Part shown: piece after piece, positions 17,451 through 27,620 of the stretch
Position numbering within the stretch: the stretch's first letter is position 1
Layout: every line of letters begins with the position of its first letter
Origin: a virus
Strand: one strand, 5' to 3'
DNA length: 64,000 nucleotides
Virus record (IMG/VR): IMGVR_UViG_3300032235_000467
The notes under the pieces: generated by a model
What the model was told of the DNA's origin: nothing
What the model saw: the letters and a program-made list of their open reading frames with translations, nothing else
Databases searched by the model: none
Program-made: the position numbers and the translations under genes

Positions 17451-20207
17451 ATGCCAAACGAGTTCAAAGTTAAGAATGGCCTGATTGTAGACCAAGGAGG
17501 AGCCAATATAACAGGTTCTTCTGCTATATCAGGATCTTTAGACATTGCTGGCAGCGTAACTGCGACTAACTTTACCGGATCTTTATTTGGTACAGCAAGT
17601 TGGGCTGCAAATTTTAAGGAAACAGACCCAGTATTTTCATCCAAGTCAGCTAGTTTAGCCACTACAGGATCTAATTCATTTTTTGGAGATCAATATATAA
17701 CAGGATCTTTAAACCTGTCATCTAGTGGAATCCACTATATAAGTGGACTGGTAACAGCTTCAAGTACTATTCATGTAAACGTAACACAGCCTGTCCTAGC
17801 TTTAGATACAAGAGGTAGAATACTGTACTCTAACTTCTTCTCAACTACTGCAAGTTTACCGGATCCTAACTTGTACCATGGTATGTTTACCCATGTACAT
17901 AATGAAGGATCAGCATATTATTCACACGGGTCTAATGGTTGGGTAAGATTATGGGACAGATTTAACAGTCCTAATTTAATTAGCGGATCACAAGTACCAG
18001 CTAATATAGTAGGACAAGCAATTGCTCCTCTAAGCGTAAGCGCATCTTCTTTTGTAAGTGCTAGTGAATTTTTTGGTAGCGGTAGCGGAATAGTAGGAGT
18101 CATATCATCTTCATATTCAGTAACAGCATCCAATGGACTGTTATTTAATAGCACATCCTCAGAAAGATTTGCAACCACAGGATCTAACACATTTATAGGA
18201 AATCAAATAGTAACTGGTAGTTTATACACTAGCGGGTCTAATAGATTAGTAGGGCCTACAGAATTAACAGGTTCTTTAGGAATATCTGGTAGCCAGATTA
18301 TAAAAGGGTATGTGCAATTCATGCCTGTTACTACAAACATAGACACATCAATAACTGCATCTTATATCTATGTATCAGGTTCTACTAATGATTTGTATTT
18401 CTCTCAAAACGGTGATGGGTATAATAACGTAACTCGTTTACGTTGGTTAGAAGGCAACTTATATACAGGATTATTACATGGAGGTTTAATTACAGCTGCT
18501 ACAGGATCTACTATATATCAAGTTAGTAGCGGTAGTGGTATAATTGTTAATATAAATGCAAGCTTAACTGCCAATCCATACCCTACTATTAAATATGTAA
18601 ACTGGGGTAATTTAACAGCTAGTATTGCACCACTTACTGCATCATATCAACAAGCATTTGTATCTATTGATTCGAATGGTAGTATTTACCAACAAGGCAT
18701 ACCATACGCTTCCGAACAATTTGATACATCAATTAACATAGGAGTTGTATTATTTCAAAACGGATCTACAATTAATGGTGTTAAAACACAACCATCCACA
18801 GCATATGGTTTTGAACAACAACAAAATATATTTAATAGGGCATTTGGACCTTTAAAATTATCAGGGTATACTTTAGCACCTAGTGGTTCTTCAACACGCA
18901 GTTTAATAGTAGCAGGTGGTACAGCTTACTCACCTGGTTCTAACTATTCTGTAGATCCAAATAATCCATCCTACACTACTGATAGTGGAACTAATGTATC
19001 TAAAATATTCAGATATAGACAATCAGGTTCTACTTGGGTATATGATACAAATGCAGGTGCAGGTTATACAACAATTGATCCAACACAATATTCAAACAAT
19101 GGTGTATTAACAGCAGTACCAGGAGGAGGATCAAATAGAGAATTTTCTATTCAAAGAGTATTTTATTTCCCTAATAGTGTAGCTAAAGCTATAGTCGTTT
19201 ATTATGGTAATGCTACATACGCAAGTCTAACAGATGCAACATCAAATATTTCTTTTGAACCGTTTGTTGAAGCACCAAATACTGCAGCAAACGCAATTTA
19301 TTTAGGGGCAATTATTGTAAGAAATAACGCTGATTTTACAGTTACTGACTCATATGCTATTCAGACAGCAGGTCTATTTAGGTCAGTAGGAGGATCAGGA
19401 GGCGGAGGATCGGTAGTAACTCAAACTTTATCAGGACTTTCTGATGTAAATATATCAGGACCAACAAATGGACAACCATTAGTTTATGATTCGACTGCTG
19501 CTAAATGGGAAAATAAATCAACACTAACAGCAACATTAATAGGTAATGCTAGCACAGCTACAACTGCATCTTACGCATTAATAGCTAAAAGTATAGAAGG
19601 CATTATAACTAGCGCTTCTTATGCATTAACGGCTTCTTATGTACTTAATGCTATAAGTGCATCATATTCTGCTACTGCATCATATGTACTAAACTCTATA
19701 AGTTCTTCATACGCTGCTACTGCATCTTTTGTAGCCACTGCATCAAACGCAATATCTTCTTCATATGCAGTAACAGCAAGTTATGTAGCAACCCTAAATA
19801 AAAAAGTAAGAACTACTATTCCAATAACAGCAGTACAAGGACAGACTACCCTTATAACAAACATACCTGCATTAGTGGATGAAGTAGGAACTGAATTAAG
19901 AATTAGGGAAAATCTATTAAATGCCGTATCTTGCAGTATGTCTGCTAGGGTTGAACAAGCTACTGGTGGTGCTATTGGTCATTTAAAGATTCAATATTCA
20001 ACAGATGAATCTACTTGGAATGATCTTAATGCAAATAAAGTAGATCTAGGAACAGTCGGGACTCAATTAACAACAGAAGAAGCAATTCCATCTGGAGCAA
20101 AGACAACCGGTACTTATATAAGATTAGTAACAATAAGTGGAGATGGTACGGCAGCTAGTAATGCCAGATTTGGAAATGTAACTTTAAATATAATTTACGA
20201 TATATAA
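17451..20207 (+). CDS. Virion fibre/structural protein (918 aa)
   Basis: MPNEFKVKNGL start; Ser/Thr-rich TGS/SGS strands; TASYA repeats; LSGLSDVNISGPTNGQPLVYD motif typical of phage fibres. Confidence 0.7.
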   Translation: MPNEFKVKNGLIVDQGGANITGSSAISGSLDIAGSVTATNFTGSLFGTASWAANFKETDPVFSSKSASLATTGSNSFFGDQYITGSLNLSSSGIHYISGLVTASSTIHVNVTQPVLALDTRGRILYSNFFSTTASLPDPNLYHGMFTHVHNEGSAYYSHGSNGWVRLWDRFNSPNLISGSQVPANIVGQAIAPLSVSASSFVSASEFFGSGSGIVGVISSSYSVTASNGLLFNSTSSERFATTGSNTFIGNQIVTGSLYTSGSNRLVGPTELTGSLGISGSQIIKGYVQFMPVTTNIDTSITASYIYVSGSTNDLYFSQNGDGYNNVTRLRWLEGNLYTGLLHGGLITAATGSTIYQVSSGSGIIVNINASLTANPYPTIKYVNWGNLTASIAPLTASYQQAFVSIDSNGSIYQQGIPYASEQFDTSINIGVVLFQNGSTINGVKTQPSTAYGFEQQQNIFNRAFGPLKLSGYTLAPSGSSTRSLIVAGGTAYSPGSNYSVDPNNPSYTTDSGTNVSKIFRYRQSGSTWVYDTNAGAGYTTIDPTQYSNNGVLTAVPGGGSNREFSIQRVFYFPNSVAKAIVVYYGNATYASLTDATSNISFEPFVEAPNTAANAIYLGAIIVRNNADFTVTDSYAIQTAGLFRSVGGSGGGGSVVTQTLSGLSDVNISGPTNGQPLVYDSTAAKWENKSTLTATLIGNASTATTASYALIAKSIEGIITSASYALTASYVLNAISASYSATASYVLNSISSSYAATASFVATASNAISSSYAVTASYVATLNKKVRTTIPITAVQGQTTLITNIPALVDEVGTELRIRENLLNAVSCSMSARVEQATGGAIGHLKIQYSTDESTWNDLNANKVDLGTVGTQLTTEEAIPSGAKTTGTYIRLVTISGDGTAASNARFGNVTLNIIYDI

Positions 20208-23200
20208 TGCCAAAGTATACTATATTTTCAAATATTATAAGTGGTAGCAGTGCAGCTATAACATCTATTACTGGATCGTTATTAGGTAATGCATCTACTG
20301 CAACTACTGCATCTCATGCACTGACAGCTTCTTCTGCGGATAATTTTACTGTAAGAGGAACACTGACAGCACAAACTATAGTAGCTCAGACCATTACATC
20401 GTCTACCGATTTTGTTACTGGATCTACTAGATTTGGTAGCGTCGCTTCAAATACACATCAATTTACCGGCTCAGTAAGTATAACAGGATCTCTTACTATA
20501 AACGGAACATCTTATACTGCTGCTACATCCGGAACAAGCGGTACTTCAGGAACCGCAGGATCGTCCGGTAGCTCAGGATCTACAGGTACATCTGGTACTG
20601 CAGGTTCTAGCGGGTCTTCCGGCAGCACAGGTAGTAGCGGAACATCAGGCACTGCCGGTACAACGGGTACTAGCGGTACCTCTGGTTCATCTGGATCTAG
20701 CGGATCTTCAGGATCTACAGGAACATCTGGCTCAACTGGTACCTCAGGTACATCAGGAAGTTCTGGATCCTCCGGATCAACTGGCTCATCAGGAACTTCA
20801 GGTACTTCTGGAAGCAGTGGATCTTCTGGTTCTACTGGTACTTCTGGATCAACTGGTTCTTCCGGCTCGGCGGGAAGTAGCGGTACTTCTGGATCAACTG
20901 GAACATCTGGTTCTACTGGAACTAGCGGAAGTTCAGGATCCTCTGGATCTACAGGCACCAGTGGTACTTCAGGTTCTACAGGAACTAGCGGATCATCAGG
21001 TTCTTCGGGTACCAGCGGTACTTCTGGATCTACTGGTACATCAGGAAGCACAGGAACATCTGGCTCAACAGGAACATCAGGATCTAGTGGGTCATCTGGT
21101 TCTTCAGGGTCGTCTGGATCATCTGGTACAGGTTTCACCACAATAAATAACCCTGCTATAGGAAGGGTATTGCTTGCTGATAACTCAACAAATGCAGCAA
21201 CAGCTTCCGCAGTATTAACTATAAACAATGGAAACGTAGTTGTTTCTGGTAGCACTGTTATAACAGGCTCCTTAACTGTAACTAATACTATTAATGCGCT
21301 AACATTAGTAGTACAAACTATATCTTCCTCAGTAGAATTTGTTACAGGGTCTACTAAATTTGGTAGTATAATATCAAATACACATCAATTTACAGGTTCT
21401 GTAAGTATATCAGGATCTTTATCTTTAAATGGAACATCTTTTGCTGCAGCCACTTCAGGAACTTCAGGAACTAGTGGTATAAATGGTACTAGTGGCTCTT
21501 CTGGAAGCTCTGGTTCTAGTGGAACATCTGGCTCAACTGGTACATCAGGTACTTCTGGTAGCAGCGGTTCTACAGGAACGTCAGGATCTAGTGGCACTTC
21601 AGGAGTTAATGGTACATCTGGTTCAAGTGGAACTAGTGGGTCTACCGGCTCTTCAGGTTCATCTGGTAGTACAGGTACTAGCGGATCAACAGGAACTTCT
21701 GGTTCTACAGGTACATCTGGCTCAACTGGAACTAGCGGTAGCTCCGGATCTTCAGGTTCTACTGGAACTTCTGGAACCTCAGGATCTACTGGAACTAGTG
21801 GGTCTTCTGGTAGCACAGGAACAAGTGGCTCTAGTGGTACTTCTGGAGCAAACGGTTCTTCAGGAACTTCAGGAACTAGCGGTACATCTGGCTCTAGTGG
21901 TACGAGTGGTGTAAATGGTAGTTCTGGTACATCTGGTAGCACAGGCACTTCAGGATCTTCTGGATCATCAGGATCATCTGGATCTACCGGTACATCAGGA
22001 AGCTCTGGCTCAACTGGATCATCTGGTAGTAGTGGATCTACGGGATCCAGTGGTACTGCAGGTACTTCTGGTACTAGCGGACAAACAGGATCTTCTGGTT
22101 CAAGTGGTTCTTCCGGCACTAGCGGGACCTCAGGTACATCAGGAACTTCTGGAACTTCTGGTAGTTCAGGGTCTACAGGTACATCAGGCTCTAGTGGTTC
22201 AACAGGATCATCTGGAAGTAGCGGTAGTACAGGTACATCGGGCAGCAGTGGTACTTCAGGTACTAGTGGAACATCCGGTTCATCTGGTACAGGATTCAAT
22301 ACAATAAATAATCCTGCTATAGGAAGAGTCCTCATAGCAGATGCTTCAACTAATTCAGCTACAGCTTCAGCAATATTAACCGTTAACAACGGAGCTGTTA
22401 GCATGTCAGGCAGTACATTTATTACTGGATCATTAACAGTAACTAATACTATTAATGCTTTAACATTAGTTGTACAGACTATATCATCTTCAATAGAATT
22501 TGTAACTGGATCTACTAGATTTGGTAGTACAATTTCTAACAATCATGAGTTTACCGGTAGTGTTAGAATTAGCGGATCTTTATTTATAAACGGTACATCA
22601 TACACTGCCGCTACTTCTGGAACTAGTGGTACTACAGGAACATCAGGAAGTTCTGGATCCTCAGGTAGTTCTGGTTCAACTGGAACTAGTGGCACAGCAG
22701 GAACGGCTGGTACTACAGGAACATCAGGAACAGCAGGATCTTCTGGAAGTGCAGGCTCATCTGGCTCTACAGGTACCAGCGGATCTACAGGTACTTCAGG
22801 ATCTTCTGGTTCTTCAGGAACTACTGGAACATCAGGTAGTACAGGTACTAGTGGTTCTAGTGGTACTTCTGGAGCAAACGGTTCTTCAGGAACTTCTGGA
22901 ACTTCAGGAAGCTCTGGCTCAACTGGTTCTTCTGGTTCTTCTGGTTCTTCTGGTTCTTCTGGTTCTACAGGTACTTCTGGTACTTCAGGTACCGCAGGAA
23001 GCTCTGGATCTTCTGGCTCATCAGGAAATACAGGCTCTTCTGGAAGTAGTGGTTCTACAGGTACTTCGGGGTCTAGTGGTTCAACAGGAACTAGCGGCAC
23101 AGCAGGAACCTCAGGATCTAGTGGATCCTCTGGATCAACTGGAACATCTGGTTCAACTGGTACTTCAGGCACCTCTGGATCAACTGGTTCTTCTGGTACA

Positions 23201-24907
23201 TCTGGTTCTACTGGTACATCAGGTACTAGTGGTTCATCTGGAACAGGATTTAATACTATCAATAGCCCTGCTATCGGTAGAGTCCTTATAGCAGATGCCT
23301 CAACTAACGCTGCAACTGCTTCAGTTATACTAACTGTCAATAATGGCGCAGTTAGTGTATCTGGAAGTACAATTATCACTGGATCTTTAACAGTGACTAA
23401 TACGATAAATGCTTTAACATTAGTAGTACAAACTATAAGCTCTTCTGTAGAGTTTGTAACAGGGTCAACTAGGTTTGGCAGCACTATATCCAATAACCAT
23501 GAATTTACAGGCAGCTTAAGAATTAGCGGATCTTTATTCATAAACGGAACATCCTATACTGCTGCCACATCAGGAACTAGTGGAACATCAGGCAGCTCCG
23601 GAACTTCAGGATCTACTGGTTCATCTGGTAGTTCAGGAACTAGCGGAACTTCTGGTTCTACCGGTACTAGCGGTTCAACAGGAACTTCTGGAACATCAGG
23701 AACTACAGGATCTTCTGGTTCTACAGGTTCATCTGGATCTTCTGGATCTACAGGGTCAAGTGGATCCTCAGGTAGTACAGGAACTTCTGGAACTAGTGGC
23801 ACTTCAGGAACTACAGGTTCGTCTGGATCTTCCGGTAGCACAGGTTCTAGTGGATCTACAGGCACAAGTGGATCTACTGGAACATCAGGTAGTACAGGTA
23901 GTTCAGGCTCTACTGGCTCATCAGGGTCTACCGGAACATCAGGAACTTCTGGTAGTACTGGATCCTCTGGATCAACTGGTACTTCCGGTAGCACAGGTAC
24001 TAGCGGTTCAACAGGAACTTCAGGCTCGTCTGGAACAGGATTCAATACAATAAACAGTCCTGCTATAGGAAGAGTTTTAATAGCAGATGCCACAAATAAT
24101 GCAGCTACTGCATCGGCAATACTTACTGTAAATAATGGAGCCGTTAGTGTCTCAGGTAGTACAATTATAACAGGATCTTTAAGTATATCTGGTAGTAGTG
24201 GGACTACTTTATTTTCTTCAAACGTAGACACGTTAATATTAACAGGATCTGCTATAGTAACAGGATCTGTTATTGTAACTGGATCAGTATCTATAAACAA
24301 TCTAACTCTTAACTCAGGATTAACTAGATTTGTAGTAGTTGATCCAACAACAGGACAGTTATTTTATAATACATCAGGAGGTGGAGCAGGGTCCGCTGGT
24401 TCATCAGGATCCTCAGGTTCTAGCGGATCAAGCGGTTCTTCTGGATCTTCTGGTTCTACAGGGTCAAGTGGATCCTCAGGTACAACAGGATCTTCTGGAT
24501 CTTCAGGAACATCAGGATTATCTAGTTTATCTCTAACAGTAGCTGATGGAGGTGTTATACAAGGCACAGGCATTACCTATTTAGAATTTGCTACTAATAT
24601 ATCGGCAACTGTAACCAATACAACAGCGTCTATTAGTGCAACTGGTGGAGGCGGTGGTGGAGGACTAGCTACAAAAGCTGGATCAATAGCCAATAGTTCT
24701 TTCACTGGTAACCCTAAGAAGTCCACAGTAACCTTTGCAGCAGCATTTACAGATGCAAACTATGCAGTGGCGGTAACTGGAGAAGATGCTAGATCATGGA
24801 CTATAGAAAGTAAAGCAGCAGGAAGCTTTATAATAAACGCAAATAGTAATGCCGGATTAGCAGGAAGTACTAATTGGGTGGCAGTTAAACATGGAGAAAC
24901 AGCCTAA
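20207..24907 (+). CDS. Giant virion fibre protein (1566 aa) with five Gly-Ser/Thr collagen-like blocks
   Basis: Shares the triplet blocks and 108-aa spacer with 10942..16581; small C-terminal beta domain (VTFAAAFTDANYAVAVT). Confidence 0.8.
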   Translation: MPKYTIFSNIISGSSAAITSITGSLLGNASTATTASHALTASSADNFTVRGTLTAQTIVAQTITSSTDFVTGSTRFGSVASNTHQFTGSVSITGSLTINGTSYTAATSGTSGTSGTAGSSGSSGSTGTSGTAGSSGSSGSTGSSGTSGTAGTTGTSGTSGSSGSSGSSGSTGTSGSTGTSGTSGSSGSSGSTGSSGTSGTSGSSGSSGSTGTSGSTGSSGSAGSSGTSGSTGTSGSTGTSGSSGSSGSTGTSGTSGSTGTSGSSGSSGTSGTSGSTGTSGSTGTSGSTGTSGSSGSSGSSGSSGSSGTGFTTINNPAIGRVLLADNSTNAATASAVLTINNGNVVVSGSTVITGSLTVTNTINALTLVVQTISSSVEFVTGSTKFGSIISNTHQFTGSVSISGSLSLNGTSFAAATSGTSGTSGINGTSGSSGSSGSSGTSGSTGTSGTSGSSGSTGTSGSSGTSGVNGTSGSSGTSGSTGSSGSSGSTGTSGSTGTSGSTGTSGSTGTSGSSGSSGSTGTSGTSGSTGTSGSSGSTGTSGSSGTSGANGSSGTSGTSGTSGSSGTSGVNGSSGTSGSTGTSGSSGSSGSSGSTGTSGSSGSTGSSGSSGSTGSSGTAGTSGTSGQTGSSGSSGSSGTSGTSGTSGTSGTSGSSGSTGTSGSSGSTGSSGSSGSTGTSGSSGTSGTSGTSGSSGTGFNTINNPAIGRVLIADASTNSATASAILTVNNGAVSMSGSTFITGSLTVTNTINALTLVVQTISSSIEFVTGSTRFGSTISNNHEFTGSVRISGSLFINGTSYTAATSGTSGTTGTSGSSGSSGSSGSTGTSGTAGTAGTTGTSGTAGSSGSAGSSGSTGTSGSTGTSGSSGSSGTTGTSGSTGTSGSSGTSGANGSSGTSGTSGSSGSTGSSGSSGSSGSSGSTGTSGTSGTAGSSGSSGSSGNTGSSGSSGSTGTSGSSGSTGTSGTAGTSGSSGSSGSTGTSGSTGTSGTSGSTGSSGTSGSTGTSGTSGSSGTGFNTINSPAIGRVLIADASTNAATASVILTVNNGAVSVSGSTIITGSLTVTNTINALTLVVQTISSSVEFVTGSTRFGSTISNNHEFTGSLRISGSLFINGTSYTAATSGTSGTSGSSGTSGSTGSSGSSGTSGTSGSTGTSGSTGTSGTSGTTGSSGSTGSSGSSGSTGSSGSSGSTGTSGTSGTSGTTGSSGSSGSTGSSGSTGTSGSTGTSGSTGSSGSTGSSGSTGTSGTSGSTGSSGSTGTSGSTGTSGSTGTSGSSGTGFNTINSPAIGRVLIADATNNAATASAILTVNNGAVSVSGSTIITGSLSISGSSGTTLFSSNVDTLILTGSAIVTGSVIVTGSVSINNLTLNSGLTRFVVVDPTTGQLFYNTSGGGAGSAGSSGSSGSSGSSGSSGSSGSTGSSGSSGTTGSSGSSGTSGLSSLSLTVADGGVIQGTGITYLEFATNISATVTNTTASISATGGGGGGGLATKAGSIANSSFTGNPKKSTVTFAAAFTDANYAVAVTGEDARSWTIESKAAGSFIINANSNAGLAGSTNWVAVKHGETA
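20525..24517 (+). repeat. Five (S/T)-(S/T)-Gly blocks: 20525-21127 (67), 21452-22288 (93), 22613-23242 (70), 23567-24034 (52), 24392-24517 (14 triplets)
   Basis: Each block length is divisible by 9 nt; period-3 Gly; first four blocks separated by 324-nt spacers. Confidence 0.9.
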
Positions 24908-24909
24908 CT

Positions 24910-25878
24910 ATGGCACTAATATTAAATAACAGTTTTTTTAGAGTGAGTAATGGATCTTTTTCTTTTTTTAAACCTGAAAGTGCTCCTCTATCTCTAGGAC
25001 AAATATATAGAGTAGTAAGTATAGGTGGAAGTGGTGGTTCTTTTTCATATACAAAAATAGATGGATCTACGGCCTCAACTCCAACTCTATCAACAGGACA
25101 AATAGCATATATTCTAGCAGTTTCTGGATCAATATCCGACAACTATAATAATCCCAACACACCCGGTTTTTTGGCCGTTACTAACTTATTAATAACCTCT
25201 AGTAATCTATCGGAACCATTAACTTTTACAGAAGAATTAATTACGACTACGGGAGCTGGAACTTGGACAAAACCTGCTGGTGTAACAGAAGTTATTGTAG
25301 AATGTTGGGGAGGTGGTGGTGCCGGTGGTGGTGCAACTTCAAACCCAGCAGGAGGTGCAGGAGGTGCAGCGGGTCAATACTCTAGAAAATACATACAATA
25401 TTCTTCTCCATCCGTGGGAGTATCATATTCAGTTGCGGCTACCAGAGCCGGTACTCAAAATGCTGGAGCTGTAGGAAATGATACTACTTGGAATACAAAT
25501 GTAGTTGTAGCAAAGGGAGGAGCAGGAGGAGGAGGAAATGGTACTACTGGAGCTGATGTTGCAGGAGGGGTAGGATCAACAACTGGAGGTATTGGAGATG
25601 TAGTATATGCTGGTCTTGATGGAAACCAAAGCCAAGTTTCTTTTCAAAACGCAGGAGGCGGAGGAAGCGGCAGGGGGTCCACAGGAACAGGAATTGCAGG
25701 TGGTGCTGCAGGCCAAGAGTATAGTGGAACTGGTGGTACAAGTGGTGCGTTTTTATTATCTAATGGCGGTGCTGGAACAAACTATGGTGCAGGAGGTGGA
25801 GGTGGATATACTAACGTAGCTACAAACGCAAATGGCGGTGCTGGTGCGCAAGGTCTAATCAGATTAATATATAGATAA
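24910..25878 (+). CDS. Glycine-rich virion protein
   Basis: GTWTKPAGVTEVIVECWGGGGAGG...GGAGAQGLIRLIY is a typical phage glycine-rich domain. Confidence 0.75.
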   Translation: MALILNNSFFRVSNGSFSFFKPESAPLSLGQIYRVVSIGGSGGSFSYTKIDGSTASTPTLSTGQIAYILAVSGSISDNYNNPNTPGFLAVTNLLITSSNLSEPLTFTEELITTTGAGTWTKPAGVTEVIVECWGGGGAGGGATSNPAGGAGGAAGQYSRKYIQYSSPSVGVSYSVAATRAGTQNAGAVGNDTTWNTNVVVAKGGAGGGGNGTTGADVAGGVGSTTGGIGDVVYAGLDGNQSQVSFQNAGGGGSGRGSTGTGIAGGAAGQEYSGTGGTSGAFLLSNGGAGTNYGAGGGGGYTNVATNANGGAGAQGLIRLIYR

Positions 25879-25896
25879 ATAAGATATTTATAATAT

Positions 25897-26319
25897 ATGC
25901 CAATATTTTACACAGATACAGGAAGTCTAGGAAGATTAGAAGTTACAGGAAGCACAGTAATGTCTGGATCTTCTAACGTTCTTAATGTTAAAGGAAGTGG
26001 ATCTGCTATAATGGTAGTATCTGGAAGTGTAGGCGGTCTAGTGGAAATATCTGATATACAACCTTCAGGAGATTTATTTATAGTAGCCTCAGGAAGTAGA
26101 ATCATATTTGACATAGATAATACACCCAGTGTAACTATATCGGGATCTTTAAGAGTAAGCGGATCTTTTTCTGCTTCTTTACAAAGTGGGTACACTTGGG
26201 TAGGAAATTCTTCTGGAATTGGAGTCCCTGTACCAACATCTTCTATAGGAGGAGGCGGTGGTGCTACTGACCCTAGGGTAAGTACAGCTGCTAGCCTGTA
26301 CTTATTTTATAATTACTAA
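25897..26319 (+). CDS. Putative virion structural protein (SGS-rich)
   Basis: 140-aa ORF in the fibre operon with many xGS motifs. Confidence 0.6.
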   Translation: MPIFYTDTGSLGRLEVTGSTVMSGSSNVLNVKGSGSAIMVVSGSVGGLVEISDIQPSGDLFIVASGSRIIFDIDNTPSVTISGSLRVSGSFSASLQSGYTWVGNSSGIGVPVPTSSIGGGGGATDPRVSTAASLYLFYNY

Positions 26320-26336
26320 AACAAAAAACAAAAAAT

Positions 26337-26744
26337 ATGCCAGCAAATACAACACCCATTTTTCCACTGTCTCCTATTTACAGACACGCTGTAGTAACTG
26401 CTTTAACTACAGATAGATCAGGAGCAACAACTACAAACTTACAAACGTTAATTACTGGAGCTGCAAATGGAACCAAAATTACTCAATTAGGAGTAAAATT
26501 TCAAGGAACGTCAGCAGCAGGGTCAATATTAATATTTGTTACTGATACATCAGGAGCTAACTTAGAGTTGTTTGATGAAATACAAGTAACGGCGGTTACA
26601 GCGAACGATACAACACCTTCTTTTAGATCTGTTAACTTGTATAATGATTTTCAAATAGCATCAGGTCAATTAGTTAGAGTAGGGATGACTACTATATCAG
26701 GAACTGTTGCTGCTACTGTATTTTGTATGGCAGGAGATTATTAA
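26337..26744 (+). CDS. Putative virion structural protein
   Basis: 135-aa beta-rich ORF (MPANTTPIF...GDY) in the fibre operon. Confidence 0.6.
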   Translation: MPANTTPIFPLSPIYRHAVVTALTTDRSGATTTNLQTLITGAANGTKITQLGVKFQGTSAAGSILIFVTDTSGANLELFDEIQVTAVTANDTTPSFRSVNLYNDFQIASGQLVRVGMTTISGTVAATVFCMAGDY

Positions 26745-26756
26745 AAATATTATTTT

Positions 26757-27200
26757 ATGTGGGCGGCAAATAGTTTTAAAGGAGATATAACGCACAATCA
26801 ATGGTATGATTATTCAGATACATCTAGAATAGTTGGATGGAGTTCTTTTACCAAAAGAGTATTGTTTGTAAATTATAGGGAAAATGTAGTACATGTTGTA
26901 GTTAATATACTAGGTACTAGTAATAGCACTGCAACTACTTTTACACTACCTATTAACGTATGTTATGAAAGTTTTAGAGTATTTAATGGAGCTCTTTTTT
27001 GTACTGGAACTGCTGTTAATAACGGAGTTGTAAGTTATGCTCGTTTACAACCTCTAACTCCGTTTCCCGGATCTACTACTTTAGGAACTTATACAATAAC
27101 TGTCAACTGTGCTTATGGGGTTACTGGAGGTGTGCAAGCAACATGGACAGCATCTGGTACTAAATTAATATCTTCTTGTTTTGTATTACCTTTAATGTAA
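26757..27200 (+). CDS. Fibre-tip-like protein, paralog 1 of 3
   Basis: Shares IVGW, GTSNSTxxxFTLP and WTASGTK motifs with the next two ORFs. Confidence 0.6.
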   Translation: MWAANSFKGDITHNQWYDYSDTSRIVGWSSFTKRVLFVNYRENVVHVVVNILGTSNSTATTFTLPINVCYESFRVFNGALFCTGTAVNNGVVSYARLQPLTPFPGSTTLGTYTITVNCAYGVTGGVQATWTASGTKLISSCFVLPLM

Positions 27201-27206
27201 AATAAT

Positions 27207-27620
27207 ATGTTAAGTAATTATAGTAAAAGGACATTCCCTAATAATGGATGGGAAGATGCATTTCCTAGTAATGTAATAGGATGGACATACCCTCCTAATA
27301 CAACTAGATATATAAAATATAAGTTTATTGAAAAGAATCTAGCTATGGTAGTATTCAGAGTGGATGGAACTAGTAATTCAACAACCACATCTTTTACATT
27401 ACCCTTTTCTTTTTTAAGTCCTTCTATAACTGGAGAAACAATAGTAGTTCCTATAACTGTAGCAAATAATAACACATCTATATGGGGACAATTAACAATA
27501 ACCAAAGACCCAAGAACCGGAGGCATGCTATGTACAGGTACGCAGGGAACCAATGCAGGATGGACTGCTTCTGGAACTAAGCAATTTAGAGGAATGTTTT
27601 TTGTACCCGTTCAAGCTTAA
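27207..27620 (+). CDS. Fibre-tip-like protein, paralog 2 of 3
   Basis: VIGW, GTSNSTTTSFTLP and WTASGTK motifs. Confidence 0.6.
   Translation: MLSNYSKRTFPNNGWEDAFPSNVIGWTYPPNTTRYIKYKFIEKNLAMVVFRVDGTSNSTTTSFTLPFSFLSPSITGETIVVPITVANNNTSIWGQLTITKDPRTGGMLCTGTQGTNAGWTASGTKQFRGMFFVPVQA

Noticed and set aside
12793-24517. Repeats as a CRISPR array or an ice-nucleation protein
   Set aside because: No constant repeat with unique spacers; period is 9 nt and coding. InaZ-type repeats (AGYGSTxTA, period 8/16) are absent.
12780-24573. Long minus-strand Pro/Glu/Asp/Val-rich ORFs and alternative-frame Leu/Val/Gln-rich ORFs over the repeat blocks
   Set aside because: They are shadows of the Ser/Thr/Gly codon repeats, which lack stops in those frames; they coincide with the blocks and have no independent signals.
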